From positions 2,880,001 to 2,944,000 of the forward strand of contig OZ001293.3 of the NCBI GenBank assembly GCA_963921275.4: a DNA stretch of 64,000 nt, read 5' to 3'. The notes below the pieces were generated by a model. It searched no databases, was not told where the DNA came from, and worked only from the letters and a program-made list of their open reading frames with translations. The stretch comes from an uncultured Hormoscilla sp. GTDB lineage: Bacteria > Cyanobacteriota > Cyanobacteriia > Cyanobacteriales > Desertifilaceae. Shown in pieces: positions 1 through 10,924 of the stretch (positions are counted from its first letter, which is position 1; each line of letters opens with the position of its first letter). Position numbers and translations under genes: made by a program.

Positions 1-451
1 CTGCCAATCAGGTTGCCGGTCGATCGCCCGGGTCAAAGCTAGCTCCTCATCTGTCCCAACTCACTCAACACCACCGCCCGCTGATACCAGGCCCAGTAAT
101 TCTCGGGTTCCAACTCGAGGGAGCGGTCGTAGTCGGACAGAGGTAATGCCAGGCCCTTCCCAGGCGGTACCAGGCCCAGTAATCATCTGGTCTTAACTCC
201 AAAGCTTGTTTATAAGACGCGACCGCCTCCGAGTACCGTCCTAAGCTCAACAGGGCACTGCCTCGGTTATACCAGGCCCAGTAGTCCGACGGTTGAGACT
301 CCAATACCTTGTCGTAATGGGCGAGGGCCTCCGAGTAGTTAGTCTCCGCATCTAAGTCTCGCCCCCGATCGGACCAACTCCAGTAATTCTCCGGTCTAGT
401 CTCCTGTGAAGCCCGATTTTTCTGAAGTTCGCCTGGCCTGTCAGAATTCAT
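1..451 (-). pseudogene. TPR-repeat protein, frameshifted near 137, runs off window start
   Basis: Repeated YWAWYNRG/YDKVLE/YKQALELRPDDYWAW TPR motifs; TPR text continues in another frame; likely start ATG 451. Confidence 0.75.
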
Positions 452-606
452 CAGCAACCCCTCCCTACAACAGTTTTCCGCCGCTCGTTTATCTGCACCT
501 GGCACCGCCATCCTTCGACTACCCGAGGGATCTGGGGAGGGCAGATGAAATCGGGCCTGCAAATATAGTATACTTTTAGCGATAGCTTTTCACAAAGGAG
601 TCAAGC

Positions 607-1173
607 ATGGCAGACCTCAAGGCTAAGGTCACTCTCCAGAAAAAGGGCGACGAAGCATACATTTCCGTCAAGCAACTGATGGTGACCTTGAAATGGACCA
701 AAGATGTCGATCTGGATTTGATGGCTTTCTATAAAGCCAAGGACTCACGGACTGGCGGTGTCTTCTCCGACAACTACCCAGGCGGTTCCATGGGAAGCCT
801 CAACGAGTTTCCCTTCATTCAACTGAGCGGCGATGCCGGAGTTGGAGCTAAGGGCGGCGACAACGAGGAGATTTTGAGAATCACCAAGCTGGACGACTTG
901 GCGGAACTCTACATTTGCACCTTAAACTACACGGACGCTAGTGAGAAGAAAGACGCCTCCTTCGGCAATTATGATGGTGGCATTGTCGTCATCGATGATA
1001 AAGGCGAGTCTGTTGCCGTTCCTTTGGACTCCACGGAATCGGGTCACGTGGCTGTTATTGCCAAGATTGACAATACAGGTCCCATGGGTGCCAAGTTGAT
1101 CAACGAAAACCGGATTGTCACATTGGAGACTTTCTTCAGCGATATTCCCGGCGCTAATAAACTCGCGGGTTAA
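607..1173 (+). CDS. TerD-like stress protein (divergent subfamily)
   Basis: LKW..DVDLDLMAFY, QLSGDAGVG..GGDNEE motifs; AAGGAG RBS; paralogs downstream. Confidence 0.8.
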   Translation: MADLKAKVTLQKKGDEAYISVKQLMVTLKWTKDVDLDLMAFYKAKDSRTGGVFSDNYPGGSMGSLNEFPFIQLSGDAGVGAKGGDNEEILRITKLDDLAELYICTLNYTDASEKKDASFGNYDGGIVVIDDKGESVAVPLDSTESGHVAVIAKIDNTGPMGAKLINENRIVTLETFFSDIPGANKLAG

Positions 1174-1248
1174 AGCTAGTCCCCGTTCCTGTTGCCCTTC
1201 CCCTGCTCTCACGGGGAGGGCAAGATCGCGTTAAAGTTAAGGTGCCTA

Positions 1249-2277
1249 ATGAGCTCTCAAATCACTACCTATCATCTGCAACGAGAAAATAATCCCCGTC
1301 GCCAAACAGCTCTCAGCTTTCCTTTCCTGGGCCAGTTAGGATTAACTTCCGAACCCGATTTGCTCGCCTGTAGAAAACACTTACAAGTGCTGCTGCGGTC
1401 AGCGGCATGCCAAAAGCCGATATCGGGAGAGCCTTTAATTATTGGCTTAGCTGAATCGGGAATTATCCCCTCTGGTCTGATGCATCAAGTGGTCAGAGAA
1501 CGGCAGATCTCCGCAGGCTGGATCTGTTCTACCCGCAGGCGGGCTTCTGGGATTCGCTTTATGGAAAGCCATTCCCACAGTCCCTATCATATCCTACCTC
1601 TGCCCCAATTTCAACCCACTCAATTATGGTTCGTAGAAGATGAAATTACTACAGGTCGGACTATCTTAAATTTAGCCCTGCATCTGTGCTCCCTGCTACA
1701 AGTTCGCCAGATGAGATTCTTCACCATCGCCGATAGCCGCAGCCCTGCCCAAATTGCCCAGTTTGAGTCCATTCTTGCCGAGCGCGACATCCAGTTCTCT
1801 ACCCATACTTTAATTCGTTTACCTCCCGATCGCCAATATCTCGCCCAAGACTTACTGCCTCAAGATATTATCATTAGTGAGGATCTGATTGTCAAAGAGC
1901 GAGATAAAATTCAGAGCCAATGGCACTTGTCTGGGCAACGAGCAGCCCGGCAAACACAATGGCATATAGTGCCGGATTTACCAAACAATCTGGAAGGTTC
2001 CCTTTTGGCGATCGGGGAGGCGATCGATTTAGCCTGGAGAATGGTGCGGGGGAATCCCAAATTATCCTTTCAGCATATCACCCTCAATCCCTGGCGCGTT
2101 GATGGCATCAATATTCAGCATCGCTTAGATATTTGTGATAAATATTATCTCTATAACTACAAGCACCTGAAGTCCCCCATCTACCTCCTCTATGACCCCC
2201 AGGACCGGGCGATCGCCTCAGGGGCTAAAAAAAAATTATCCCAAGCAGGATTTACCGTCAATAATTTGATCTTCTAG
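1249..2277 (+). CDS. Ter-cluster phosphoribosyltransferase-domain protein
   Basis: IIGLAESG, FMESHSH and WFVEDEITTGRT PRPP-binding motif; Ter context. Confidence 0.8.
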   Translation: MSSQITTYHLQRENNPRRQTALSFPFLGQLGLTSEPDLLACRKHLQVLLRSAACQKPISGEPLIIGLAESGIIPSGLMHQVVRERQISAGWICSTRRRASGIRFMESHSHSPYHILPLPQFQPTQLWFVEDEITTGRTILNLALHLCSLLQVRQMRFFTIADSRSPAQIAQFESILAERDIQFSTHTLIRLPPDRQYLAQDLLPQDIIISEDLIVKERDKIQSQWHLSGQRAARQTQWHIVPDLPNNLEGSLLAIGEAIDLAWRMVRGNPKLSFQHITLNPWRVDGINIQHRLDICDKYYLYNYKHLKSPIYLLYDPQDRAIASGAKKKLSQAGFTVNNLIF

Positions 2278-2283
2278 AAAAAC

Positions 2284-3276
2284 ATGGAATTTCTAACAAA
2301 TTTGGACAGAAAAAATCTTTGGAATCAACCGGTATACGCCCAGTTTCTGGCGGAAATTGACCCCTTTAGAGACTTTCAATATTTTCGGAAATATTTTGCT
2401 TATGATGGCCAGAATACCTTTTGGTCAAAACCTTGCCCAGAACCAAACCTGGAGGACGAGTTTTGGCAATTGGTACTCTCAAAACTAGCAGATGAAAAAT
2501 TGCAACTGGCTGCTACTCGCCTCGCTGCTGCTATTATCGCTACAGCCCCCGATCCTAGCAAGTTACTCTTTGTAGCTATTTTAAGAGGCGGTGTCCCGAT
2601 CGCAGATTGGCTTTGTCGCCTACTACCGGGATCGGTGGCGGTGGCCTTATCTCTATTTGTGGGCATAGGCATCGATCGAGTGGCTTTGCAAAACGTGCGA
2701 TCGCATTATCCCGATCGGCAAATCATCTTTGTTGACGGTTGGACTGGTAAAGGTGGCGTAGCCAGAGAATTATCAAAACTGGGACATTGTTCCGGAAAAA
2801 TCGGACCCCTAGCAGTTTTAATTGACCCTTGGGGCTGGGCAGATTTTTCTGGTGCAGTTGACGATCTATTCTGTCCCACAGCTTGTTTCACTGGCGTCGC
2901 TACTCTCGGCTTTTCTAGTGGCTTCTATGTAGACGATCGCCGTTTATTTGCCTCGTACCTATTTCCCGAAGCCTATTGTCGCCCCCAATTAGTTACAACC
3001 TGGCAGAACTCTTGCCCTCAATTGCCATCAACAACGCCACCAGAGAAGCAACGCTTTTGGTTAGAAACAGACTTGAGAATACATAGCAATGAAGTTTGCC
3101 GTGGCTTAATGAATGCCAATCCGGATACCCTCTATTTTGCCGACGATCGCATCTACGTTCGAGAACATTATAGCCTGATATTGGCTTTAGCCGAGCGGCG
3201 GCGTGTAAACATTGTCTATAATGCCAAGCATTTAGCAGATTACCGAACCCGCGTTGCCTGCTCCTTTCAGAAATGA
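2284..3276 (+). CDS. StiP-like (cysteine protease/PRTase-like) Ter-associated protein
   Basis: LRGGVP, GIGID, IIFVDGWTGKGG motifs. Confidence 0.75.
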   Translation: MEFLTNLDRKNLWNQPVYAQFLAEIDPFRDFQYFRKYFAYDGQNTFWSKPCPEPNLEDEFWQLVLSKLADEKLQLAATRLAAAIIATAPDPSKLLFVAILRGGVPIADWLCRLLPGSVAVALSLFVGIGIDRVALQNVRSHYPDRQIIFVDGWTGKGGVARELSKLGHCSGKIGPLAVLIDPWGWADFSGAVDDLFCPTACFTGVATLGFSSGFYVDDRRLFASYLFPEAYCRPQLVTTWQNSCPQLPSTTPPEKQRFWLETDLRIHSNEVCRGLMNANPDTLYFADDRIYVREHYSLILALAERRRVNIVYNAKHLADYRTRVACSFQK

Positions 3277-3372
3277 CTGGTATTGGGGAAGGGTCGCCTC
3301 AAAAGGTTGCAATTAACCATCAAGCATCTTAAGTTATGCTATAATCGAGTCAGTAGCGTAGGAAAAAGAGAT

Positions 3373-4152
3373 ATGTCTCAGTCAGTAGCGCCTGCGAAAA
3401 CCATGACATTTGAGGAATATCGGTTCTACCAGGGAGAACCGAATGTTCTGTACGAGCTATTCCGAGGACATTTGATACCAATGGCAACGCCAACATCTCT
3501 GCATACCAGAATCTGCAATTTTCTCGCCTATATCTTCTGGCGTCATTTTGCCAGTCAAAATCTAGCATTAATTGCCACAGATTTTACTGGAGTCAGAACA
3601 GAAGCGGATTCATCTCGCATTCCAGATGTGGTAGTTTGCTCTGCCGAACTCTGGGAGCAATGCTGTGCCAGACCGGGTGCTGGTATTCTGGACTTTGGGG
3701 AAGTGCCAACTCTAGTAGTTGAAGTCACTAGCGAAAATTGGCGGGAAGATTATGTCCGCAAACGGGCTGAATATGCCTCGCTCGATATTCTCGAATATTG
3801 GATAGTAGACCCGAACAAGGAGCAAGTATGGATTTTGAGTAATCCTGAAGGTCAGCGTGGTTACGATCGGGTAGAATATACAAGAGGGCAATCCTTCAGG
3901 TCTGTGCAGTTTTCCCAACTGGTTTTATCAGTTAATACAGTCCTTGCTCCTCCAGTGGTGGAGGATTTAATCAGGGAAGAGCAAGCACAACTGCGACAGG
4001 TTGAACAACAGAGAGATGAAGAGCGACAACGGGTCGATCGGGAGCGACAACGGGCAGATCGGGAGCGACAACGGGCAGATCGGGAGCGACAACGAGCAGA
4101 ACAATTGGCTGCTAAATTAAAGGAAATGGGATTAGACCCAGATACGATCTAG
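3373..4152 (+). CDS. Uma2 family endonuclease with coiled-coil tail, copy 1
   Basis: PDVVV, LVVEVTS, EYWIVDP; 21-nt ERQRADR tail repeats; GLDPDTI end. Confidence 0.9.
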   Translation: MSQSVAPAKTMTFEEYRFYQGEPNVLYELFRGHLIPMATPTSLHTRICNFLAYIFWRHFASQNLALIATDFTGVRTEADSSRIPDVVVCSAELWEQCCARPGAGILDFGEVPTLVVEVTSENWREDYVRKRAEYASLDILEYWIVDPNKEQVWILSNPEGQRGYDRVEYTRGQSFRSVQFSQLVLSVNTVLAPPVVEDLIREEQAQLRQVEQQRDEERQRVDRERQRADRERQRADRERQRAEQLAAKLKEMGLDPDTI

Positions 4153-4453
4153 AACCTAAGGGAAGGAGTGGGGTGCATCTCAATGCAAGAATCAAGAAAC
4201 CCGGTAATTCCGGCAAAACCTGATTTCTGGGCAAAAGAGTGAATATACCCGCCGCAAAAGTGAGATACTCCCGAAGGAGTTCTCTGTAGCGCTGCGCATA
4301 ATACGGAGTTCGGAGTTATATCCGAACCCGCATTACTCGATTCTTTCAGAAATGACTGATAATTAAGTAAACGATCGCCTCAAAAGGTTGCAATTAACCA
4401 TCAAGCATCTTAAGTTATGCTATAATCGAGTCAGTAGCGTAAAAAAAAGAGAT

Positions 4454-5338
4454 ATGTCTCAGTCAGTAGCGCCTGCGAAAACCATGACATTTGAGGAATA
4501 TCAGTTCTACCAGGGAGAACCGAATGTTCTGTACGAGCTATTCCGAGGACATTTGATACCAATGGCAACGCCAACATCTCTGCATGCCAGAATCTGCAAT
4601 TTTCTCGCCTATATCTTCTGGCGTCATTTTGCCAGTCAAAATCTAGCATTAATTGCCACAGATTTTACTGGAGTCAGAACAGAAGCGGATTCATCTCGTA
4701 TTCCAGATGTGGTAGTTTGCTCTGCCGAACTCTGGGAGCAATGCTGTGCCAGACCGGGTGCTGGTATTCTGGACTTTGGGGAAGTGCCAACTCTAGTAGT
4801 TGAAGTCACTAGCGAAAATTGGCGGGAAGATTATGTCCGCAAACGAGCTGAATATGCCTCGGTCGATATTCCCGAATATTGGATAGTAGACCCGAACAAG
4901 GAGCAAGTATGGATTTTGAGTAATCCTGAAGGTCAGCGTGGTTACGATCGGGTAGAATATACAAGAGGGCAATCCTTCAAGTCTGTGCAGTTTCCCCAAC
5001 TGGTTTTATCAGTTAATACAGTGCTTGCGCCTCCAGTGGTGGAGGATTTAATCAGGGAAGAACAAGCACAACTGCAACAGGTTGAACAAGAGAGAGAGCA
5101 AGAGCGACAACGGGCCGAGCAGGAGCGACAACGGGCAGAAGAAAAGCAACAACTCGCCGAGCAGGAGCGACAACGGGCCGAACAGGAGCGACAACGGGCA
5201 GATCGGGAGCGACAACGGGCAGATCGGGAGCGACAACGGGCAGAAGAAAAGCAACAACTCGCCGAGCAGGAGCGACAACGGGCCGAACAATTGGCTGCTA
5301 AATTACAGGAAATGGGATTAGACCCAGATACAATCTAG
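4454..5338 (+). CDS. Uma2 family endonuclease, tandem duplicate with longer tail
   Basis: Near-identical to 3373..4152; more 21-nt tail units. Confidence 0.9.
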   Translation: MSQSVAPAKTMTFEEYQFYQGEPNVLYELFRGHLIPMATPTSLHARICNFLAYIFWRHFASQNLALIATDFTGVRTEADSSRIPDVVVCSAELWEQCCARPGAGILDFGEVPTLVVEVTSENWREDYVRKRAEYASVDIPEYWIVDPNKEQVWILSNPEGQRGYDRVEYTRGQSFKSVQFPQLVLSVNTVLAPPVVEDLIREEQAQLQQVEQEREQERQRAEQERQRAEEKQQLAEQERQRAEQERQRADRERQRADRERQRAEEKQQLAEQERQRAEQLAAKLQEMGLDPDTI

Positions 5339-5567
5339 AATAGTCACCTTTCATGTCGCGAGTGCAAAACGAACGCCAGATGCCAGATGCGGGCAGATCG
5401 CCATAGCCCAGAAACCAGGTTTTTGCAAAAAACCCGGTTTCTTTATACGCAGTGCGCGACACCAGGAGCGCTATTGATTCTTGAGATGCTCCCAGGTTTT
5501 CGCCAAATGACTCGGCTGTCCCAAAAACGGATAATTTTATTTCAAAACCCTGCGTTTGAGTTCCTTC

Positions 5568-5614
5568 TGACAACCAACAACTGACAACCAACAACTGACA
5601 ACCAACAACTGACA
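5568..5614 (+). repeat. Heptamer short tandem repeat (CTGACAA/CCAACAA, STRR-like)
   Basis: Direct reading. Confidence 0.85.
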
Positions 5615-6298
5615 ATGGAAAAAGTTTTAGCTGTAGATTTGGATGGGACCCTGCTGCATCCCGAACCAGAGGTGATCGCAGTCTGGGGTCGTTCCCGTTA
5701 CCAGTATATGAGTTCAATGGCAGCCCAGCTACTAGAGGAAATTAGTCACCAGATGCCAGTGGCGATCGCCAGCGCCCGGAATGCCCAAAGCGTCAAAATA
5801 CTGGTGGACCAACTGCCGCAGGTAAACTTTTGTGGCTTTGTCACCGAAAATGGTCTGGTAGCCAGAAGGCACCTGCACCCAGTTGCCAATGGATCTGAGT
5901 GGGACATAGTAGCCAATTTACTCCCAGATTGGCTGCGCATCACCGGTTACGAACAATGTCTCGGTCTGATTCCGCCCACATCTGTGGACAACCCGGAAGC
6001 CATGTTGCGGTCCGTTCTCTGCCAAACAGGCAAGCATGGATATATTTACTTAGACCAACATAAAATATTTGTCTATCCAGCCCGGAGCAGCAAACTATCC
6101 GGACTGGGGCAGTTGGGCCTCGAACCCCGGATGGCCCTGGGCAACGACCTGAATGACTTGGACATGCTGGGACATTCCCTGCACCCAGCTACTCTGGCTA
6201 ATGGGCATCAAAAATTCAAAGATGTGGTTAAATTAAAGCCAGGGGGTTACTGCTCCCCCGCCGTGTCTCATGCTGGGACAGGAGATATATTATTATGA
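5615..6298 (+). CDS. HAD-superfamily hydrolase (Ter-associated)
   Basis: DLDGTLL motif I, SAR, ENG, GNDLNDLDML motif IV. Confidence 0.85.
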   Translation: MEKVLAVDLDGTLLHPEPEVIAVWGRSRYQYMSSMAAQLLEEISHQMPVAIASARNAQSVKILVDQLPQVNFCGFVTENGLVARRHLHPVANGSEWDIVANLLPDWLRITGYEQCLGLIPPTSVDNPEAMLRSVLCQTGKHGYIYLDQHKIFVYPARSSKLSGLGQLGLEPRMALGNDLNDLDMLGHSLHPATLANGHQKFKDVVKLKPGGYCSPAVSHAGTGDILL

Positions 6299-6421
6299 AT
6301 TAAGATCCTTTGCGCCAGCAGATATAGTACCGTGGGGATTTAGTTCCCTTCATTACGTTACGGAAAATTGCGTCTGGTTGATTGTTAAGTTACAATCAGC
6401 AATTCAGATAAAGGATAAAAC

Positions 6422-6988
6422 ATGGCAGAACTGAAAGCAAAATTAACCCTAGGAAAAAAAGGCGATGAAGCCTACATTCCCATCCACAAACTGATAGTTA
6501 CCCTGCATTGGACTGCAAATGTAGATTTGGACCTGATGGCATTCTACAAAACTAAGTCCGATCGCACCGGTGCAGTATTGTCCGCAAATTACCCAGGCGG
6601 GAACCAGGGCAGTCTCAGTAGTTTCCCTTATATTCAACTCAGTCAGGATGCTGGTGTAGGGGCGAGAGGCGGGGATAATCAGGAAGAGTTAGGGATCTCC
6701 AAATTGGATGAAATGGCAGAAGTATACATCTGCACCATCAACTATACTGATGCCAGCGCCAGGAAAGATAGCTCGTTCAGCGACTATGATGGTGGTGTGG
6801 TGGTGCGAGACGACAGAGGTGAGTCGGTAGCGATTCCTTTGGATGCAACGGAAAAAGGTCACATTGCCATTATCGCGAAAATTGATAATACTAGCCCCAT
6901 CGGTGCGAAACTGATTAACGAAAACCGGATCGTCAGTTTAGGCAAATTCGCTAGTAGCATTCCCGGTGCGGAAAATCTTTTGGGCTAA
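6422..6988 (+). CDS. TerD-like stress protein
   Basis: Paralog of 607..1173. Confidence 0.8.
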   Translation: MAELKAKLTLGKKGDEAYIPIHKLIVTLHWTANVDLDLMAFYKTKSDRTGAVLSANYPGGNQGSLSSFPYIQLSQDAGVGARGGDNQEELGISKLDEMAEVYICTINYTDASARKDSSFSDYDGGVVVRDDRGESVAIPLDATEKGHIAIIAKIDNTSPIGAKLINENRIVSLGKFASSIPGAENLLG

Positions 6989-7012
6989 CAGGAGATTCAT
7001 TGGAGTCAAAAT

Positions 7013-7579
7013 ATGGCGGAACTAAAATCGAAAGTCACTCTCCAAACTAAGGGAGAGGAAGCATATATACCGATCAAGCAGTTAATGGTCACCCTCAGCT
7101 GGACTGCCGACGTAGATTTGGACTTGATGGCATTCTATCAAACTAAGGATGGTCGCACTGGGGGAGTGGTGTCTGATAACTATCCCGGTGGGGACATGGG
7201 TTCCTTAAATAGCTTTCCTTTTATTCAACTGAGTGGCGATGCTGGTGTGGGTGCAGTCGGTGGCGAGAATGAAGAAGTGTTACGCATCACTCGCCTCGAT
7301 GATATGGCCTTCGTCTATATCTGCACTATTAACTATACCGACGCGATCGAGAAAAAAGAATCCTCTTTCAGCGCCTATGATGGTAATATCAGAGTGGTAG
7401 ACCACCAGGGTGAATCGGTAGAAGTGCCGTTGAATTCGCCGGAAACAGGAGCAGTGGCTGTGGTGGCCAAAATCGACAATACTAGCCCGATCGGTGCTAA
7501 GTTGATTAACGAAAACCGGATTATTAGTTTAGATACTTTCGAGACGGACATTCCTGGCTCTCACGTAATTTTAGCTTAG
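7013..7579 (+). CDS. TerD-like stress protein
   Basis: Paralog of 607..1173. Confidence 0.8.
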   Translation: MAELKSKVTLQTKGEEAYIPIKQLMVTLSWTADVDLDLMAFYQTKDGRTGGVVSDNYPGGDMGSLNSFPFIQLSGDAGVGAVGGENEEVLRITRLDDMAFVYICTINYTDAIEKKESSFSAYDGNIRVVDHQGESVEVPLNSPETGAVAVVAKIDNTSPIGAKLINENRIISLDTFETDIPGSHVILA

Positions 7580-7596
7580 CATAGGAGGTACAGCTG

Positions 7597-8040
7597 ATGA
7601 GTTTTATGGATTGGCTCAACACCCAGAGAAAAAATCTGCAAGAGGCGGTTGGCCGCTTTAAAAACAAAGACTTTCTGGAAGCAGTTGTGGCAGGGTGCGC
7701 CTTGGTGGCGGCGGCGGACGGACATATCGATCCTTCCGAAAAGCAAAAGATGACGGGTTTCATCGAACGCAGTCCCGAACTCCGTGTTTTTGAGATGAGG
7801 GAGGTGCTGGAGAAGTTTAACAAGTATGCATCGGATTTTGAATTCAATTTTGAAATCGGCAAGCGACAAGCATTAAACGCTGTGGTCAAAATTAGGGAGA
7901 ATGAAGAAGCAGCCAAATTGTTGGTGACGGTTTGTTGCGCGATCGGGGCTGCGGACGGCTATTTTGATGATGATGAGAAGAACATTATCAGAGAAATGTG
8001 CAGAGAATTAACCTTAAGTCCAGCGGAATTTAAGTTGTAA
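7597..8040 (+). CDS. terB: Tellurite resistance protein TerB
   Basis: KNKDFLEAVVA..AAADG.ID..EK, IGAADG.FD..EK; AGGAGG RBS. Confidence 0.9.
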   Translation: MSFMDWLNTQRKNLQEAVGRFKNKDFLEAVVAGCALVAAADGHIDPSEKQKMTGFIERSPELRVFEMREVLEKFNKYASDFEFNFEIGKRQALNAVVKIRENEEAAKLLVTVCCAIGAADGYFDDDEKNIIREMCRELTLSPAEFKL

Positions 8041-8113
8041 AAAATGTTGGCTTCGGGTGGGCATTGCCCACCTAAATCAAAAAAATATTGTTCCCAAAAA
8101 CTCAGGTATAATT

Positions 8114-9499
8114 ATGGCAGAAATTAAAGCAAAAGTAACGCTGACCAAAAAGGGAGAAGAAGCTTACGTCTCAGTTAAGCAGTTGATAGCAAAGCTGAAA
8201 TGGACAGCAGCAGTGGACTTAGATTTGATGGCTTTTTATCAAGCCAAGAATGGTCGAGTAGGGGCTGTGTTTTCAGAGCATTATAGCGGCGGCTCAATGG
8301 GGAGTCTGAATTCATTTCCGTTCATGCAATTGAGTGAAGATGCCGGTACTGATGCTACGGAGGACAAAGATGAAGAAGTCTTGCGCATTACAAAATTAGA
8401 TGATTTGGCAGCAGTTTATATCTGCACGATAAACTTCACGGAGGCGATGGAAAATCGACAGACTTCCTTCAGCAATTACGATGTTCATGTATTGCTGATT
8501 GATGACAAAAACGAATCTGTAGCAGTACCTCTAGATTCTCCCCAGTCTGGCACTGTCGCAGTCATTGCTAAAATTGACAACACTGGCTTTATGGGCGCTA
8601 AGTTGGTGAATGAAAACCAGATTATGGATCTGGGGACATTTCAAGCAACTATTCCCGGTGCCAGCAGCTTGCAATTGTTATCTAAAGCCGCTTTACTAGA
8701 GAAAAAGCTGGAACAGCAAGCGCCCCAAATTTGGCAGCTGGCTAAGAAGGCAACTCTGGCAATTAAAAAAGCCAACCTGACGGATCACCGAGCTAAGGTG
8801 GCTCTTTGCCTTGATATATCGGCGTCCATGAGTTCTCTGTATAGGTCAGGGAAAATTCAACAGTTTGCCGAGAAGATTCTGGCCTTGGGATGTCGCTTTG
8901 ACGATAATGGGTCGATCGACATCTTCCTGTTTGGGGCTAATTCCCATAGCGTCGGGGAAATGAATATTGATAATTTCGCCAACTTTATTCCGCAGATCCT
9001 GAAGAAGTACCCCCTGGAAGGTTCTACTTACTATGGCAAGGCGATGCAGACGATCAGAAACTTCTATTACCCCGACGGTAAGGGAAAAGTGAGAAAGTCA
9101 CCATTGGCCTCAAATATCCCAGTTTACGTGATGTTTGTAACCGATGGAGCCACCTTTGACGAGCAGATTACCGAACAACAGCTGAAGTGGTCCTCCTATG
9201 AGCCGATTTTCTGGCAATATATGGCGATCGGAAAGTCCCGCCGGGACATCAAAAAAGGGGGGTTAGGGGGTTTTGTAGCCAAAGCATTTGCTAGTGATTT
9301 TAAGTTTCTGGAACGCCTGGACGAAATGAGGGGTAGATACCTGGACAATGCCAATTTCTTCAGCGTGGAAGATCCCGAAAGCATCTCGGATGATGAACTA
9401 TACGAACTGCTGATGAGTGAATATCCTACCTGGGTGAAATTAGCGCAGAACAAAGATCTATTACGCTCAATAGTGTGGGCACCACCGTCCACTAGATAA
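8114..9499 (+). CDS. TerD-like + vWA (TerF-type) fusion
   Basis: N-terminal TerD-like paralog; LCLDISASM MIDAS, FVTDG, PIFWQY, DNANFF. Confidence 0.85.
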   Translation: MAEIKAKVTLTKKGEEAYVSVKQLIAKLKWTAAVDLDLMAFYQAKNGRVGAVFSEHYSGGSMGSLNSFPFMQLSEDAGTDATEDKDEEVLRITKLDDLAAVYICTINFTEAMENRQTSFSNYDVHVLLIDDKNESVAVPLDSPQSGTVAVIAKIDNTGFMGAKLVNENQIMDLGTFQATIPGASSLQLLSKAALLEKKLEQQAPQIWQLAKKATLAIKKANLTDHRAKVALCLDISASMSSLYRSGKIQQFAEKILALGCRFDDNGSIDIFLFGANSHSVGEMNIDNFANFIPQILKKYPLEGSTYYGKAMQTIRNFYYPDGKGKVRKSPLASNIPVYVMFVTDGATFDEQITEQQLKWSSYEPIFWQYMAIGKSRRDIKKGGLGGFVAKAFASDFKFLERLDEMRGRYLDNANFFSVEDPESISDDELYELLMSEYPTWVKLAQNKDLLRSIVWAPPSTR

Positions 9500-9625
9500 G
9501 TAGTGGGCACCACCCAATACCTCAAGGGATAGCAGGGAGCAGGGAGCAGTGATAAGATAAGTAGGGTGGGCACCGCCCACCAAGTGAAATGAGTGATAAG
9601 ATAAGTAGGGTGGGCACCGCCCACC
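9475..9625 (+). repeat. Cluster of four REP-like GTGGGCACC(G/A)CC(C)ACC palindromes
   Basis: Same element also near 8056, 12162, 19775, 22923, 24325, 38892, 44312, 44340, 53946, 56505. Confidence 0.8.
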
Positions 9626-9657
9626 AGCTGGATTAAATTAGATAAGAGGAGAAGAAA

Positions 9658-10845
9658 ATGGCAGAACTGAAAGCAAAAAGAATTCTGAAGGCAAAGGGTG
9701 AAGAAGCATATGTTTCACTCAAGCAACTGATGACATCTCTGAAATGGACGGCGGCAGTTGACTTGGATTTGATGGCATTTTACAAGGCCAAAGACGGTCG
9801 CGTGGGTGGGATTTTCTCAGATAATTACGCTGGGGGTTCGATGGGTAGCCTCAACTCATTTCCTTTCATCCAGCTGAGTGGAGATGCTGGGGTAGGGGCC
9901 ACGGGGGGCGAGAATGAAGAAACTCTCCGCATTACGAAACTGGATGATTTGGCAGAACTCTATATCTGCACGATTAATTTTACTGATGCGGTGCAGAACC
10001 GCGATCGCGCCTTTAGCAGTTATGATGCTTACGTAGTGGTTGTCGATGACAAGGGCGAATCAGTGGCAGTACCTCTGGATTCTACGGAACCGGGAACAGT
10101 GGCAGCGATCGCCAAAATTGATAACACCGGATTCATGGGAGCTAAAATGATTAATGAAAACCGGGTGATGGATATGGCAACCTTCCAAAAAACTATTCCC
10201 GGGGCCAATACCCTGAAACTTTCTTCCAAAGTGGTGCTGCAACGCAAGGGAGATTCGGCACGACTGAAGGCGAAATCTGGTGGCGGACTGGGGGAAATTT
10301 TGATCAATCTTAACTGGAATCAGGGACAACCGCAGCCGCAAAAAAAAGGTTTATTGGGAACATTGCTGGGGGGAGGACAAAGCGGCGGCATTGACCTGGA
10401 CCTGGGTTGCTTGTTTGAAATGACTTCCGGAGAAAAGGGCGCGATCCAACCCTTGGGAAATGCCTTTGGTGCTTTCGATCGCCCTCCATTTATTCTCCAT
10501 TGCGGGGACGATCGCACGGGTGCATGGTCATCAGGGGAAAATATGCGAATAAATGGGGACAAAATTCGGGAAATCAAACGGGTTTTGATCTATGCTTATA
10601 TCTACGAAGGTGTTGCCAATTGGTTAGAAGCAGATGGCATTGTCACCATTATCCAGTCCGGTACCCCCGATATCGTCGTGGCCTTGGACGAGGCACGAAA
10701 CAAAATGGTGATGTGCGCGATCGCCTTATTTGAGAATATCGGCGATACCTTCAGGGTCAAGAAAGTCGTGCAATATTTCTCTGGACAACCAGAAATGGAT
10801 CGGGCCTTCAACTGGGGACTGCAATGGGTCGCTGGATCTAAATAA
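9658..10845 (+). CDS. TerD-like + TerA-type fusion
   Basis: C-terminal INLNW..GIDLDLGCLFEM..G.KG..Q.LGN..GDDRTG..GEN..YIYEG..WGLQWVAGSK. Confidence 0.85.
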   Translation: MAELKAKRILKAKGEEAYVSLKQLMTSLKWTAAVDLDLMAFYKAKDGRVGGIFSDNYAGGSMGSLNSFPFIQLSGDAGVGATGGENEETLRITKLDDLAELYICTINFTDAVQNRDRAFSSYDAYVVVVDDKGESVAVPLDSTEPGTVAAIAKIDNTGFMGAKMINENRVMDMATFQKTIPGANTLKLSSKVVLQRKGDSARLKAKSGGGLGEILINLNWNQGQPQPQKKGLLGTLLGGGQSGGIDLDLGCLFEMTSGEKGAIQPLGNAFGAFDRPPFILHCGDDRTGAWSSGENMRINGDKIREIKRVLIYAYIYEGVANWLEADGIVTIIQSGTPDIVVALDEARNKMVMCAIALFENIGDTFRVKKVVQYFSGQPEMDRAFNWGLQWVAGSK

Positions 10846-10924
10846 TTCTGATGTCTCGTAGGACGGGCAGATGGCCTGTCCGTTCTCAATTTGCAATTCT
10901 CAATTTAAAATTGCGAGGCGAAAA

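Noticed and set aside
2843..2857. ATTTTTCTGGTGCAG (DFSGA) resembling the micro-insertion family
   Set aside because: Lies in the DP.G.AD.SG region that appears native to StiP-like proteins, lacks the CG target and lacks a triloop stem; probably coincidental.
3373..5338. Diversity-generating retroelement template/variable repeat pair
   Set aside because: No RT gene; differences are not adenine-specific; simple duplication explains it.
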